Positions 13,963 to 28,496 are shown, counted from the first letter of the stretch. The stretch: DNA of 64,000 nucleotides from Selaginella moellendorffii (GCF_000143415.4 NW_003314271.1:2544312-2608311); one strand, 5' to 3'. Notes: generated by a model from the sequence alone, not told the origin. Numbers and translations are program-made.

Positions 13963-14908
13963 TCAGCAGGCGGCTCCCCACGAGGCGTCGCTCCCGACCC
14001 GAGGAAGACTTCGCGGTTGATCCTTGCGCGACTCGTCCACTTTGAAAGTGGAGCCACACATCTGTCCCTGGCTGTCCACTCGTGGCACCGGTTTCAGAGC
14101 GTTTAAAGGGTGCTCGAAGCTTCGCAAGCCACCTCCAGTTGTGAAGAAACATCCTAGAAGAGAGAGAGAGAGAGAGAGAGAAAAGAGAAATATTCGATCG
14201 GATTCACAAAAACTTTCGAAGAACTTACCAGCCGGGAATGGAGCAAACGATTTGCCGCAACCATTCCTCAAGAGATCTGCATTATCCGAGAATGCAAGTG
14301 ATTCGTCGGCAGCAATGCCCCAGAAAAATGGAACCTTGCCCTTGTCATCCTGAATGTAGCTTCAACGTTAGCAAATAAACGAGCCCAGGACAGGGAGGAG
14401 TTCTTACGTTTGCCACAAGCAGCGTTTTGGTCGCATTGTCGAAGAGAACGAATGCAAACTGGCCAGAGAGATCCTTGACAACTTGATGCGCAGGATATGG
14501 AGCCCGATCTCGCAGGGCCTTGTACATTTCGATCACCAGGGTCTCCTCACACACATTCTTCGTGAGGCCGTAGAGCTGCCTGAGTGCTGGAAGATTTTCC
14601 AGAACACCGACGAAGATGCAAAAGATATCATCCAGAACTGCGAAAGCTCTGCCAAGAACAAGAACCAAAACGTGAAAAAAAAAGTTTCCAAAGTTCCATT
14701 CCTACCGTGGCTTGAGAAGAGCTTGCTTTTCGTGAGAATAAGCCATTGCGCTAAGCCCATCCAGCTGCACCGATGCCGCCTGTGGGATCGCCGAGGTAAA
14801 TGACTGCAAAATCTGGGCGCCGCTCTTCCGGCGATCATCATCCACGCTTCCCGGAGCCGAGAGCTCTACTGGTCCCGCCGCGACCGATTTGTGAAAGACG
14901 CCCAGCAT
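13963..14908 (-). CDS. Stem-specific TSJT1 / aluminium-induced Wali7-like protein (DUF3700, GATase-like)
   Basis: MLGVFHKSVAAGPVEL, VIEMYKALRDRAPYPAHQVVKDLSGQFAFVLFD, CGKSFAPFPAG, GGLRSFEHPLN, PRVDSQGQMCGSTFKVD, PRVGSDASW. Confidence 0.93.
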
Positions 14909-15109
14909 TCTTGCGAAGAATCCCCGAAACCTAGCGCAAGAAACACAAAATCTCTGAGCCGATGCGCGATCGCGCTAACATTCCGGGCAAGAATGGCAGG
15001 AAACTCACCTGGATCGAAAAGTAGGTAAAGCGATCGATCGAGATACCTTGCAATGGGCTAGGGCTGGAGCGCTGCTATATACTAGTTCCTGGAAGAGGGA
15101 GCTTACAAA

Positions 15110-15230
15110 ATCGTGCCAGGCGGTGACGTGGAGGGCGTGGATTTAATCCAAATTCAAACCTATCCGCCCGCCGCGTCACCGCCAAGTCATCACCACGTCA
15201 GCACTGACCGTGGGTGACACGTCGTGCACA
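15110..15230. promoter_or_regulatory. Cluster of ACGT-core (bZIP G/C-box-like) elements upstream of the TSJT1-like gene TATA (~15077)
   Basis: TGACGTGG, CCACGTCA and GACACGTC within ~110 bp. Confidence 0.4.
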
Positions 15231-15270
15231 GTTTTGAAATGCAAAGAAAACGGAGAGCCCTAGAAGAACT

Positions 15271-15849
15271 TTAATCTAGAAAGAACTCTACGCAGCAATC
15301 GATAAAGGAAGAAGCGCAGGGCTCGATCGACGCCACTGCCCTCTTCATCCACTCCTGGTCCTCGATCGCCCCCTTGGACGCTTGATCCAGATCACACTGC
15401 GGCCAGTAGAAATCTCCTGCCGCTCCTTGCGCCTCGCCGAGAAATGGCGACAGCGGCTCTTGGATCGCGATCCCGAGCCCCTCGCCCAGATCGCTGCTCT
15501 GCTTGCTCTGATCACTGGACGAGTTGGAGTCGTCGTTGCGCAAGATCGCCCAGTTGGGATCCTGCTGATCATCGTCCTCCTCCGGGGATGCGAGAAGGAG
15601 ACGGAGATCCTCGCAATGGAGCTCCAGAGAGGAGGAGCAGCGCCGCTTGATCGGAGGAGGAGGCCCACCCAACAATCGCCCGGAGATGTCATCTTCTAAG
15701 AACTGATCGTTGCTCTCACCTTGGAGGAGGAGGAGATGATCCAGGCATCGCTTTCTCCATCGCCAGAAAAGAAACTCGCTCTCCTTCTGGGCTGGAAGAA
15801 GTTGTTCTTTCTTTTTCGTGCTTGGAACCGCGCGCTGGAATCGATCGAT
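15271..15849 (-). CDS. Hypothetical acidic protein, terminal exon; 5' structure unresolved
   Basis: Frame of ORF 15271-15675 stays open upstream to a CAG acceptor at ~15850 (IDRFQRAVPS...SEFLFWRWRKRCLDHLLLL...). Confidence 0.4.
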   Translation of the reverse strand: MDRFQRAVPSTKKKEQLLPAQKESEFLFWRWRKRCLDHLLLLQGESNDQFLEDDISGRLLGGPPPPIKRRCSSSLELHCEDLRLLLASPEEDDDQQDPNWAILRNDDSNSSSDQSKQSSDLGEGLGIAIQEPLSPFLGEAQGAAGDFYWPQCDLDQASKGAIEDQEWMKRAVASIEPCASSFIDCCVEFFLD

Positions 15850-16888
15850 CTGAAAGCGCCACAGCCCAGGACGAATCTAGCGGGAATATGCGTGCCACGC
15901 CCGCTCCCTTCTCAACACGTCATTCACGAATCCGCTCTACACAGATATTTTCTGTGCAAGAACGGAAAATCCGGTTACCCACCACCGCCCGTCGTGCGAC
16001 GGGCGAGATGAAGGGCGATGACGGGCGTTGACCGCCGTGCCCTAAAATTAATGTCAAACTAAATGCGTTGCCGCTTTTAAAGGAAAAGTTTGGGAGCCAT
16101 GATCTTTGCTTCACCGCCACCAGTGCAAAGCTTGTGGGAAAGGTGGCGGACTTTCTAGGGTTCCGCAAGGGTGTCTGTGCCCTGGTCCAAACTCGTTAGC
16201 TGTTTGTTGGCTGTGATGCAATGCAAATGCGTTGGACGTGATGCTTCTAACTTCTCTTCTCATGCGATGGATGGAAACGGATCTACATTTGCAAGGGACA
16301 ACGACTTCTGTAAAATAGACTAAAGCAAGTCTTTAAGAAACGCGAGGTTTGTTTGTATGCAGCGGCAGCATATTTTCGGATGAACCTGGGCGTGCGATGA
16401 CTAAATTGTCGCACGAGACTGTAGAGTGGACTCGAGATTTCCGAGACGTGGGGCGAGGGCGACAACTTGAGAAGCTGCCCAGTGGGTGAGTTTTAGGGTA
16501 ATTCATCTGACCCTCTCTCTCTCGCGGTCTCGATGAATGCGAATATGCCACGAGAATACGTTGAAAGTGTGGCGGAAAATTTGGCCCAATAAGCAACGCA
16601 CAAGTTAACCATTGGTTAACACGTTAACTACACGGAGATAGTAATACCTATAAATGTGAGAGCAGAGCATTCTTCTCTCCCGTTTCTCCACCATAGCTTT
16701 GTTTCATCCTTGGTTTGGTCTCTGGGAGAGGGAGAGAGCGAGAGGGAGAGGGAGAGAGTGAGAGTTATTTGTTTGATCTTCCATTCGACGATGATTCCTC
16801 CATCGATTTGAGAGCTTTTTCTCTCCTCTTTTTCTGCTCTCGCTCGTGATCCCTTTCACGAGAGCTCTTCTTCCTCCTCTCGCCGGCT

Positions 16889-19812
16889 ATGGAAGGCACC
16901 GACATGGAAGAAAGCCACGGCCCGCCGCCACGAATATCCTCGTCGAAGAAGCTCGGCCGGATGGATTCGCTGGAGCGTGATGCGGGGAAGGTCACGGGCA
17001 TGGAGAACCATGGACGGAAGGTAGCTTTTTCTTTCTCCTCCCCCAATCGATCGAAACGATCGAAACGTCGACCCCTCGAGTTCTCCTCCTCTTTTCTTGA
17101 TCTCGATCTCTTGAAATGAGCAAGGAATGTGGTTTCCAGATCTTGACGAGGGCGGTGATCCTCCGCCTGGCATTCCAAACGATCGGTGTGGTGTATGGCG
17201 ACATTGGAACCTCGCCGCTCTACGTGTTTAGCAGCACTTTCCCTGGCGGTATCTCGCGGGATCACTTGAAAACCAACGTTCTTGGCGTGCTGTCGCTCAT
17301 CATCTACACTCTCACGCTGAGCCCCCTCATCAAATACGTGTTCGTTGTGCTTCGAGCCAATGACAACGGCGAAGGTTGGGACAAGGAGCTTTGCTTTTGC
17401 GTTTTTGTTTGGATCTTCTCAAAGTTCCTGTGGTTTTTGTTGTTCTTGTTCTTGGAGAGCAGGTGGTGCGTTTGCGCTCTACTCGTTGATTTGTCGAAAT
17501 GCCAACGTCGATGTGATGGGCAAGAGACACCCCGAGGACAAAAACTTGTCGGCGTACAAGCTCGACTTGCCGAACCAGGGAAGGATTCGACGAGGGATCT
17601 GGATCAAGAATTTTCTAGAGGGACACAAGGCCGTCCACGTCGTGCTTCTGATGATCACCTTCTTTGGAACTTGCATGGTTATCGGCGATGGAACTCTCAC
17701 CCCCTCCATCTCTGGTAAGAAGAAATTCACAGCTTTTTCATCGATCACTCGGAAAATTCTGGTTTTATTTTTTTCTTTCCAGTGCTGTCTGCTGTGCAAG
17801 GAATCCAAGTCCAAGTTCCAAACCTCAGCCAAAGTAAGAATTCATTTTTCTCTTTTCTCTTTAAATTTGTTGTTTGTTTCTTATGTTTCTAGTGCTCTAA
17901 CTTGTTATTCGTTGCCTACGTTTCTAGTGTTCTAACGAGAAACCATGGTTGACTATCAGGTGTGATTGTCGTGGTTTCCATCGTCATTCTCATCTGCCTG
18001 TTTAGCGTCCAGCGATTTGGCACGGACAAGGTCGGCTTCATGTTTGCTCCAGTACTCACGATCTGGTTTGCCATGATCGCTATGATCGGCCTCTACAACT
18101 TAATTCACCACGATCATGGAGTTCTCGCCGCCTTCAATCCCAAGTACATCTTCGACTACTTCAAGACCAACAAGCGGGAAGGATTCATCTCGCTGGGAGG
18201 AGTTGTTCTTTGCATCACAGGTTTGTGAGGCCTCTTCCTTCTTTTTCTTTGGTTTTTGCCTTCTAAAATCGTGACACTGCTGCTCCACACCAGGAACTGA
18301 GGCCATGTTTGCGGACTTGGGCCATTTTTCGGTTCCTTCGATCCAAATCGCCTTCACAACCTACGTTTATCCTTCACTTCTCCTTGCTTACATTGGCCAA
18401 GCTGCCTATCTCATGGAGCATCCAGAGGACGTTGGAAGAGCTTTCTACAAATCAGTTCCAAGTAAGTTCATCTTGTCGAATCTCCAGAGCTTGACACCAC
18501 TTTATTCTATTTGATCCAGAGCCTTTGTACTGGCCAATGTTTGTAGTAGCAGTGCTTGCAGCGATCATCGCGAGCCAGGCAATGATCTCGGCGGTGTTTC
18601 AGATCATCAAGCAGGCCGAGGCATTGGGATGCTTCCCACGGATCAAGGTCGTTCACACCTCGAAAAACTTCGTGGGTCAAGTTTATATCCCGGAGATGAA
18701 TTGGTTCCTGATGTGTGCTTGTGTACTTATCACTGCGGCCTTCAGAGACACTACAACAATTGGAAACGCATATGGTTAGTTCTTTCTTTCTTTCTTCCAC
18801 CTCCTTTTAAATCTCTATTGTCTCTCTTTGTTTTCTTTCAGGAATCTGTGTGGTTATGGACATGGCTGTTACCACCACTTTTACAACGATTATCATGGTT
18901 TTGATATGGAAGACACAATTGTTTCTAGCTCTACTCTATCTCCTCGTCTACTGGAGTGTGGAATTCACGTATTTCTCTGCTGTGGTCTACAAGTTTAAAG
19001 ATGGAGGATGGCTTCCACTCCTCTTCGCAGCGCTCTTCCTCACGGTCATGGTCATTTGGTTCAGTGGAAACTCCAAGCGCTACAAATACGAGCTAGACAA
19101 CAAGATCTCCATGGACTGGATCACCGGACTGGGGTCAAACCTGGGAGTCTCCCGAGTTCGTGGAGTTGGATTGGTCTACACGGAGCTTGCACAAGGAATC
19201 CCTTCCATCTTCTCGCACTACATTACGAATCTCCCGGCAATGCACTCAGTGATCATGTTCGTGACGATCAAAAATTTGCCTGTGAGCAACGTTTTGTCGG
19301 AGGAGAGGTTCTTGTTTAGAAGGGTCGGGTCCAAGGAGTTTCGGATGTATCGCTGCATTGCAAGGTATGGCTACAAGGATTGTCACAGGGGCGACACCCA
19401 GTTTGAGGAGGATCTCTTCAAGAGCTTGGCCGAGTTTATAAGCATTGAGGACGATGGGAAGCAAATGGAGGCCAGGCATTTGGGCGAGGCCGACACGGAC
19501 AGCTGCAGTGTGGCGATCTATCCGGTTTCTCTCCAGTTATCGCCACCGCAAGCTCCAGAGGAGAGCGCGATCGCTATACCAGGCAGTGGAGTGGTGGAGG
19601 AGCTAGGATTTCTCGAGGAGTCCCGGAAAGCTGGGGTCGTATACTTGTTGGGCGACAACGATGTGAGAGCTCGCGAGGACTCGAGCTTTATCAACAAGTT
19701 TGTGGTGGACTACGGTTATGCGTTCCTCCGGAAAAACTTTAGGGAGAGCACTCTCATCCTCAACATTCCACATACGAGGCTCCTCAAGGTTGGCATGGTC
19801 TACTTTATATAA
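16889..19812 (+). CDS. HAK: HAK/KUP/KT potassium transporter
   Basis: [78 protein letters not shown]. Confidence 0.97.
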
Positions 19813-21199
19813 GGAAACAAACAAAAGATGTGAAGATCCCCATGAAAAAGAACAAGGAGTGATCTTTTCCAAAAAATAAGGAACGTGACACGTCGTGTAT
19901 AAAATCAAGCACCTATCACTTAGCCACCTTTCTTGTGGTCCTTGAGAGGAAGTCTTCTTTGGTGTGCTAGCTTCCGTGCACGGATATTGCAAATCAGTAT
20001 ATATGCCTGGAGGAGGGGATATGTGGAAATATTTGCGCTGACTAATTGGGTATATATTCTGGCAAATGACAAAATTGTGACAGTTGAAAGTATTCAATTA
20101 ACGTTTTATATGTAGATTAGCTCAGCAAATGTTGGGCAGAAAGTCAATGAAAGTCAATGTGGGCAATGAGCAAAACCATTTACAACATTGAAAAGTATAC
20201 TTCATTGTTAAAGTTAAAAAGATTGTGACTTATTAGTTTTTTTAATTGGGAGGAGCAGGGAAAAGTATAACTCATGTCTTATGGCCATTTTGCTATTGTT
20301 ATCTAAAATGTAAATAATATCTTTACAATCATAAATTGTTTGATTCCATTGTATAACTATTAACAATGGTGAATACATGTTTTAAATTTTTGGCCAAATT
20401 AGAAGTATAGGATCCTTGAAAACTTTCAGATTGTCCACAAATATTAATTTAAAATTTATAACAAAAGTAAATTTTTTTTCCTTTTAAAATTATAGGGTTG
20501 GTACATATGTATTTATTGGACCAGGAGAATAGGAAGCTCAGGAGCAGAGTGGCGAGCTTGCAAAAGAATGAGGAAATGATGGCACATAATATGCTTATAT
20601 ATTAAATTAATAATTTAGTCTTTAAAATTTCTGAGTTACTCTTTTTTTAAGATAGAATATTTGTAAAAAAGTTACATTTTAATTTAATTCTGTCCATATT
20701 AAAAAAATATTCTATAATACCTATAAGTGAAATGATTCTAAATTTTAAATCATATTTGTATTTATATTTGCAAGAAGTATTTAATTATTTTACACTATAT
20801 TATTCTGATTTGTTTTACTATATTATATTTCACCATTTACACTTTAATCACTTTCTTTTCTTAGCTTTATATTTTTAATATTAACTATTTTTTAAATAAA
20901 TTTTATATATAAAAGTAAAATATTTACAATAAGTTTTGAATTTTTTTATTTCTTAATTCTATTTATAATTTACTTTCTTCCATACCACTATATCTATTAT
21001 AGAGTGAATAAGTCAAACTACTAAATTTATAAAAAGGAGAAAATTAAATATTTTTATATATAAAAATTATTAAAATAAAATATATATTTGTAAATGATAA
21101 GAAATTAGAATTTTGAGTGTATGTATACATATTTGATTAGCCTAAAAATATTAATTTTTATACAAAGTGACTAATTTAGATTGAAACCAATCCAATAGT

Positions 21200-24100
21200 T
21201 ATCATATACTAATAATAGTATATAATATCATAACTATACACTTTGACCTTACATTATCCTCCCTCTTAGAAAAATAGAGGGATTTAAAAAAAAATTAAAA
21301 AAACACACTGGTGGATTATATATATAATTTTTGAGGGATTAGCTTGAAGAATATTGTGCCAAAGTTTATAAATTTAAAATCCAACTTGCTATAACTTAAT
21401 ACAATCTCTTCCATTAAATAAGGAGCCCTTTAAATAAATCATGTACCATAAAATTGGGAAAATGAACTAACACTATATACTATGTAGATGAATAATGATA
21501 AGAGTTCTAGCTCTATTTTTTTCCCATTTGTATATGACTTAAATATTCCACAAACTCAACTTGAGCCAATGAAAGAATGCTTATTAAATATTGATTTTAG
21601 ATCTAGCATTAGTAACTCATGGCAATCATAAAGATAAACTTAATTTCATTAATAATATAGAATTATGACCATATAAAAGTCTTGAAACATAAATGAAACT
21701 CTATACCCTTGTGACATGTATATATTGAAGATATAGCAATTTGATTGTTGAAAGTTTATATACTTTACAATCATTTCCTTGAAAATTCAAATGAGTTATT
21801 CCATAAAACCATCTATTTACAGATAATAAACGCTTGTAAAAGATTGATATATCCCCAATTGAGATATCAAGATGTAAAATGCCTCAACCTCAAATATAGG
21901 ACTATTATTTAAAAGAATTAGCTCCAAACAAGAATGCTAAAGCACCATTTGATTAAAGCACCCTTTACCCTATAGTGATTTGTTATAAGATAACTATAAA
22001 GCAAAATGTAAACCCTTAAACACATGGACCAAGAGTAATAGAGCAAAATTCAAGTTTAAGGCCTTGGGCCATTGAACACAGAGATAGAGTAAAACCCCTT
22101 TTGACAACCCCTCCCCCCCCCCCCCCCCCCCTAATGAGAGGAATACATGCTTTATACTTTCACCTCAATCCCAGCAGTTAGCCTCAAAAAGAATCACAAA
22201 AATTTATTAAATATGGAATGATGTTAGATTGTGAATTTGGAAGTAAAAACAACACTATTGTGTTTAGAACAATCGTTAACAAATTTAAACACTTTTCATA
22301 AATAGCTGGGACCGAATAAAACGAACACATTAGAGAATGATGTGAGAGTGTTTTGGTGGACACAATAAACTATCACCTAACAAATATTGATGGACTATAC
22401 TCAATATTATAGGGGTCTTTAACACTAACAAGTTCAAGTCAACAAATAAATTTCTCTAACTAGGTCAAGTATGTTTAATTAATAACACTTAATAACTCTG
22501 TCTTTATGTTTTTTTGGCCAACTACACACATAAAGATCAATTTTTTAATTAGCTTGGGTAGAGACTAAAAAAAGGTTCAATAATACCAACCTCTTATCAT
22601 TGTGGCAGTAAGAAAAGAATATTAAAAAAACTTGCCAACAAATAACTTTGTAATACCCATAATCAGATTTGTAATAACTAACTTCCACCCAATGATTCAA
22701 GTAATCAAAATCAATAATGATGTATTTATTGTCAACTATTAACCATAGAAAAAGCCTCATTAAATCAATTTCCACCAACTTAAACAAATAGGAAATTACA
22801 ATTGACTCCAACTATACTTTTACAGTGTAAGGAGGAGTATTATGAGTTTAACACCAAATGTAACTATGGACATATTATAGAATATTAAGTCATATCTAGC
22901 CAATAAAAAGACACACCTTTTTAGTCAATAATAATATCCCTCCTATATACTCATCTGGAATAGAAGAGTTATGGTAAGTGTGAAGAAAACATGGAATAAA
23001 TATCACAAGCACTACCTTTAGGATCAGTACTCACAAAGTAAAAAGGGTTGTCCTCAAGGTAATATTAAGAATGTAAATGTTGAAACAAAAATTCATTAAT
23101 AAGTGATGCAAAATTTTTAAATTCATCATAAAGCCTTTCAATCCAAAACTTAACCTTTTGAACCTCATAAAGTTTATCAAAAGAAGATAAATTTAATTTT
23201 ATACGTTATTGACATTGAATATCAAATACAATAATTTTTTATGGCACTATATCTTTGTCCAAAAAATTCACTAATACTAGAATAATAGACTTGTTAAGAA
23301 TATGTAAAGAGAGTGAAAAAGGGAGAGTGTTAACATCAATTATAGAATTCATTGGGTAATTAACAATTTCAAAGTTATATATTTAAAGTTTCAGAGCCTA
23401 ACAACTAACTAAGTTTTTCTACTTCTGTAATATAGTAGCAATTTAGGAGAAACTCATGTGTACTTATAATATTATGGTGCAGTATGATTAAAAAGGTAAT
23501 TAATAAAATGATTTGCACATAATTCATACTTTCGAGTAAGGAACTTTAAAATAGCTACAAGTTTGTCAAGATTAACTTATAAACCTTCATAAAAAATATA
23601 GTACTTAAGATAAACTATGTTTTTGAACCTAAACACACACTTTGACCATTTCAGTTTCAAACCAACTTTTTGTAGCTAATCAAACACTTTGCAAACTTCA
23701 TGGATATGCTCCTCCTACATCCCTTCAAATGAATTAAGATGTCATTCATAAAGTCAATAATTACCTTTATCATATTGCAAAGAATATTTTCCATCATCAA
23801 CTAGAAAATCATTTGAGCATTATTTAATCACCAAGTGTTTATATAAATTAAATGGTTTATAAAAAGTAGCCTTGCAATGCATCCCTATTTTTTATTTTTT
23901 CACTTGAACTTTTAGTTAATATTAAGAGTCAAAAATACTTAGAACACAATGTTCTATATGTTATAAGTTGGGATTCAAGTGAAACTCTTTTCTTAAATTG
24001 CTTTTATTTTTAGCATTTGTTATTTTTTCTTCTATCCATTATCCTTGGTATTTTCAAACTTCACAATTTATTCCGATTTTTCTTTCTATTTTCCTTTTTT

Positions 24101-24350
24101 ATTGACTTTCTACCATCTCATTTTCATCCTTTATCCTCCATCTATGTGCAGAATTTAGCCATTCTTTTCCAACTTGTAGGCCATGGGTTCCCACCTTATC
24201 AAAGCCTGGGCAATCCTCCTCTGGTTGTATAGCTGGGGGAATATACTTAGAGATTATTCTATGTGTTTACAGTAGATTCATTATTGAGATTGATGATATA
24301 ACACATTTTCATAATGTTTTAAATGAGATCTTGAATGTGATGGTATTGAG
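21200..24350 (-). mobile_element. Heavily decayed Ty3/Gypsy LTR-retrotransposon relic(s)
   Basis: Minus strand: RT-like EEHIHEVCKVFD*LQKVGLKLKWSKCVF (~23.6-23.75 kb); integrase-like NKYIIIDFDYLNHWVEVS (ORF 22545-22811); polypurine tract AAGAGGGAGGATAA then TGTAA at 21267-21249; boundaries approximate. Confidence 0.75.
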
Positions 24351-24421
24351 CTCTTTCGTATCTTGTCATGAGTATACGTGTGTCATTTATGCACCTCACT
24401 AACTGGAAGTTTTTAAAAGTT

Positions 24422-24449
24422 ACTAGCAGGGATCCCAGCTCCGCTGGAA
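24422..24449 (-). mobile_element. Helitron-type 3' terminus (hairpin + CTAG|T)
   Basis: Minus strand TTCCAGCGGAGCTGGGA-TCCCTG-CTAG|T. Confidence 0.7.
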
Positions 24450-25257
24450 AAAAGTAAAGAATGTTTTCAATATGAAAAAATGCAATCATACATACTTTGG
24501 GTTAGAACAACACATTTAAAAAAAATAAAATAATAGAACAATGACTTATGATGTTCGTCACTGCACAGAAACTTTGCAGGTGCAAAATGCAGCTTCAGCA
24601 CTTGCATCCACTCTAGCCGTGTCAAAGAGGGGAAGAAATTATTGGCAAAGATCCTGGGATTATCCTTTTCTAAGTTTGGTAGTTGACAATTTGTCAAAAA
24701 AGAATGGGAGAGTCTCTCTTTGCATTCTCCCCACCACCAGTAAGTCTTTTAGCAATTCAATGAGCTCTTCATTAGTCTTTGCAACTAAGTTGATTAAGAA
24801 TACCTTCAAAACCAAGAGAAAGAGTATACATCTATAAGTTCAATTACCAGATTCTGGCAACCAGCTCTGGACTCTCAAGAATCTAGAAAAAAAAAAACTT
24901 CACTTACTTCTGTTGTCACTACTCCTGTAAAGGGTCATAGTCTAAACTCCAATCATGAAATTAAGAAGTTCTTTGATGCAACTTGTCTGATCAAAAAACA
25001 TTAGAAGAGGATTGTTATGGCCCAAGTGTTGTCGAAGTTGGGTGGCTCAGAAAGGTTGCACAAGTCATTTAGTTCTGGAGGTAGATCCTCTTGTTATATG
25101 GCACCACAAACACAATGGTCATCTAGATGCTTGTCTTACTCTTTGCATTTTTTTTTAACAATGCTTCAAGGTACAACTGGAGAAATTTGCTAGAGATGCT
25201 CATCTTATACATATTATATGTTATGTAAATCTGTCTATTCTTTAATTCTTTTAAAGG

Positions 25258-26090
25258 CATCTCGTTCATTCTCACTTATCACGTACTATTGATGATGGAC
25301 GTGAGGCATGGGAGGCCACTATGTGTAGCTCCAAGACATGTGTCATACTAACCTTCCCTAAGTTGCATGAGTAGTTGGTGTTTCACATATATCTTAGTAT
25401 TATCTGGCGCACTGAAACAAAGTGGCATTGACAATGAGGTAGCCAATGAACTTACATGTGACTTAAGTTGTGTAGACCGGGAAAAAATGGTGAAAGAAAT
25501 CTATCCAAGAGCTTTTAACTCACGATCCAATCTTAACAGCAATCCAGGTGCTTGAAGTACTTGTTTGTTGTGATCACAACTTTCTCAAGCAGAGAATTTG
25601 AATTATCTGAGAAGAATCTGAGTAGTCATCTGGCTTGATGGGACAACACATTTGCAGTAGAAAATAACAGGAACAAATGTGATGAATTTAACTATGTTCT
25701 ATGCCTCGTAGATCTTATTAGTGAAGCCCTCTAAAGCAAGGCCAAGGCCTATTCTCTGTGTTGTATTTATCCTGAAATCCTGACATAAGAACAAAGTCAG
25801 ATTCCAAAAACTTTTACTGAGTTTGACACGGCAGCATTGTTTTCTACACGCCTGGGAGTGACCCTCTCCTTCTCTAAGCCACACATCCACCAGGCTCCCA
25901 CACAACTTAAGCACCGTGGAGAGGCTTATGGCAAAACCATCACAAACAGACAACTCCAGAACCACCTCCTTGCCAATCCCAGCATCAGTGACATCTATGA
26001 CACAGCACTGTGGCAAGACATCTTGTCAAAGTGGCTGAGAATCCACCAAGTTTCCACATTTCATGTACATGCCCTGTTTATCAATTTTTC
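25258..26090 (+). pseudogene. Unidentified decayed coding fragment inside the Helitron block
   Basis: Follows an AG acceptor, more GC-rich than flanks, broken frames (ORFs 25367-25555, 25837-26118); family not recognised. Confidence 0.3.
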
Positions 26091-26329
26091 TTATACTATA
26101 TACCATTGGATGCATTAGAATCAATTTTGGCTTGTTGGAAATTGTCTTTACGAATGTTAACAGTTAGAATGAACACTACATTACTGAAATCAATGCCATG
26201 AACCACTAAAATAGTGACTCGTCTTTTAAATCTGCTATGTAAACCTGTGAAAAAAAAACTAAAGAAACTACCTGATGCAAACACAGAGTGCAGCTTGTTT
26301 TGTATCAGCTTAAGTTCTTATTCCTCATC

Positions 26330-27960
26330 ATACCACGGGTCTGCTGCTCACACCACTCTGATAACCGAGCCCAGTGATCGATCTCTCCAAGAACATCCTC
26401 TTGTTAAATCCATCAAACTCGCAGTTTCCACTTGTGAGTAGAATCATCCCATCCATAACTCGGCTGACGAGTTAGTTTGGCACTCTCCTCATGGCAATGG
26501 ATGCCATTTCTCCCACTTCTGCCTGATCTACAGGCTGGAAGAATATCTCTGAATCGTTCCACACCAAGTACTATTTGGTAGTCCTTCTCAGTAAGAGGCC
26601 GTTGTATTACAAACTCTGGCACTATTTCCTGCAGTCCGGGTGGTGGCGCTGAAGTATATGAAAGATCAATTTCCTGGAAGTAAAGCAGTTAGAAAGGGAA
26701 AAGAAAAGTAGTGACGAAAGTGATATACCTTGAGTTTCGAGGTTAGACAACTGAGTTCTGCTTCATCTTCATCTACATCTTCTTCTACTTCTTCTTTGTA
26801 GTCTCTGTCCATTTGCTTGTACATATGCCAGTCCTCATCATTCATGCTAAAAGTATCTTCGTCCAAAGGTTGCTTGCATTAAGAGTTTCATTTGTTCTCT
26901 CTACACGGCAGTCAGCCTTTCACTTTTGACCGTGAGTCTGCAACTACAGTACCATGGCCGTTGGTTGTGCAAACTTTCTGCTGTTTTCTTTGGTCTACCT
27001 TTGTTGAAACTTCACAATGCCTGGCCTTCAACTCCTCTAGATACTTCTCCAGGTTTTCCTATGATGAGAAAGAGTTGTAAATATTTAGAAAGAAAAAGAT
27101 GTAAAAGATGTACAAGCGATACTCTTCTTCCATTTGTTGCTTGTGCTCTCTCTGCAGGGACTCTTCTTAACATCTTTGCCTTGCTCGAATGTGTCTATCA
27201 AGTGCACGATCCCGATTTTTTGGGTTTTCTGCCAGTGGTGCTGTTGTTTTTAAAAAAATCTTTGCTTTCTTTTTCGCTTCAATTGCCAATGCCAAGCACA
27301 CAACAGCTGACAAAAAGAAAATTTGATATACACAACTGTTCCTTGAATAAAAGGCTTTCTGCATTTTCGAGTAGAGGGTACTTTTGTGATGCTAGAATGT
27401 CACCACTATTCACTATCGTTTAACACCTTAATGCTTTCTCCGTTAGCTTTACATATACTACTTCAATCAGTCTAGATCCCGAAAAAGGTTCTTCAAGTAT
27501 TCCGCCTCATTTTCTAAATCAATAAGCTTTGAGGATAGTTTTGCTGCTGCCATTTCTTGAAGCCGCTATCACTGCTTTTCTCTCAAAGCTGCCAGTTCAT
27601 CCTCCCCAGGCTGCTCTTTTTCAGGTGGCAGTATCCATGGCACCTACCACCATCTCGTTTTCACTAATGCCTAGGGAGATTATAACTGATGAAATAAATT
27701 GCTACAACATTGACACACCGAACTGCTTACCTAAAATAGTTTTAGCTCTGCAGTATAGTCGACTGTAATGCAGCTATTCTCTGTTTTTCAAAAACCACAT
27801 GTGGTAGTTATGCTATATTCAATCAAATCGCTATGGACTTACAGATATTGAAGGCACAAAAAGCACTTTAGATAATCAGAGACATGAAAGCCTCCTACCG
27901 ATTTTCTGCAGCATACTTCCATAATAGGCTCCTTAATAGATATCTGACACAATACGAGTT
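26330..27960 (-). pseudogene. ARP5: Actin-related protein 5 fragment (C-terminal part, introns retained, stops and frameshifts)
   Basis: VGGFHVSDYLK, ENLEKYLEELKARH, DTFSMNDEDWHMYKQM, DEDEAEL, RPLTEKDYQIVLGVERFR, IFFQPVDQ, VV*AADP. Confidence 0.85.
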
Positions 27961-28079
27961 TTGAACTTACAACAAAAGCAAAAACTAACAGAGAAACCAT
28001 CAGTGTATTGGTATAATATGAGTTGTAGCAAACAAGTATACCATCAGAATTGCACGTGTGTGTGCATGCATGTGCGTGC

Positions 28080-28081
<2 letters not shown>

Positions 28082-28124
<43 letters not shown>

Positions 28125-28452
28125 ACGCACCTGTCTAGTCGATTACAGTGTCAATCCATAAGGGTGCGAGAACTGGATTGCTGGCCGCGATGGCGGCAAA
28201 ATCCAGCACTGCCGGCTTGATCCCTGCGATCCAATATTTGGACTGGATCCCGATCCGTAGGAGATGGCATCGAGGGAATCCCTCACAGAGCTGGATAGCT
28301 GGAAGCTTGTGACGTCCTCACTGCAGCAATCATGGCGGGGGAGCGCCACCATCGCCAGCCACCTGTGTGCCGACGCCAGGTTCTTGTGGCACCAGGATCT
28401 CTTTTGGTGCGTTGCTCATCACCATCCCCAATGCCATGGAAGATTGATAGGG

Positions 28453-28496
<44 letters not shown>

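Noticed and set aside
8595-19812. LEA, LTP-like, CRF, TSJT1 and HAK as a stress gene cluster
   Set aside because: No shared pathway evidence; adjacency is expected at this gene density.
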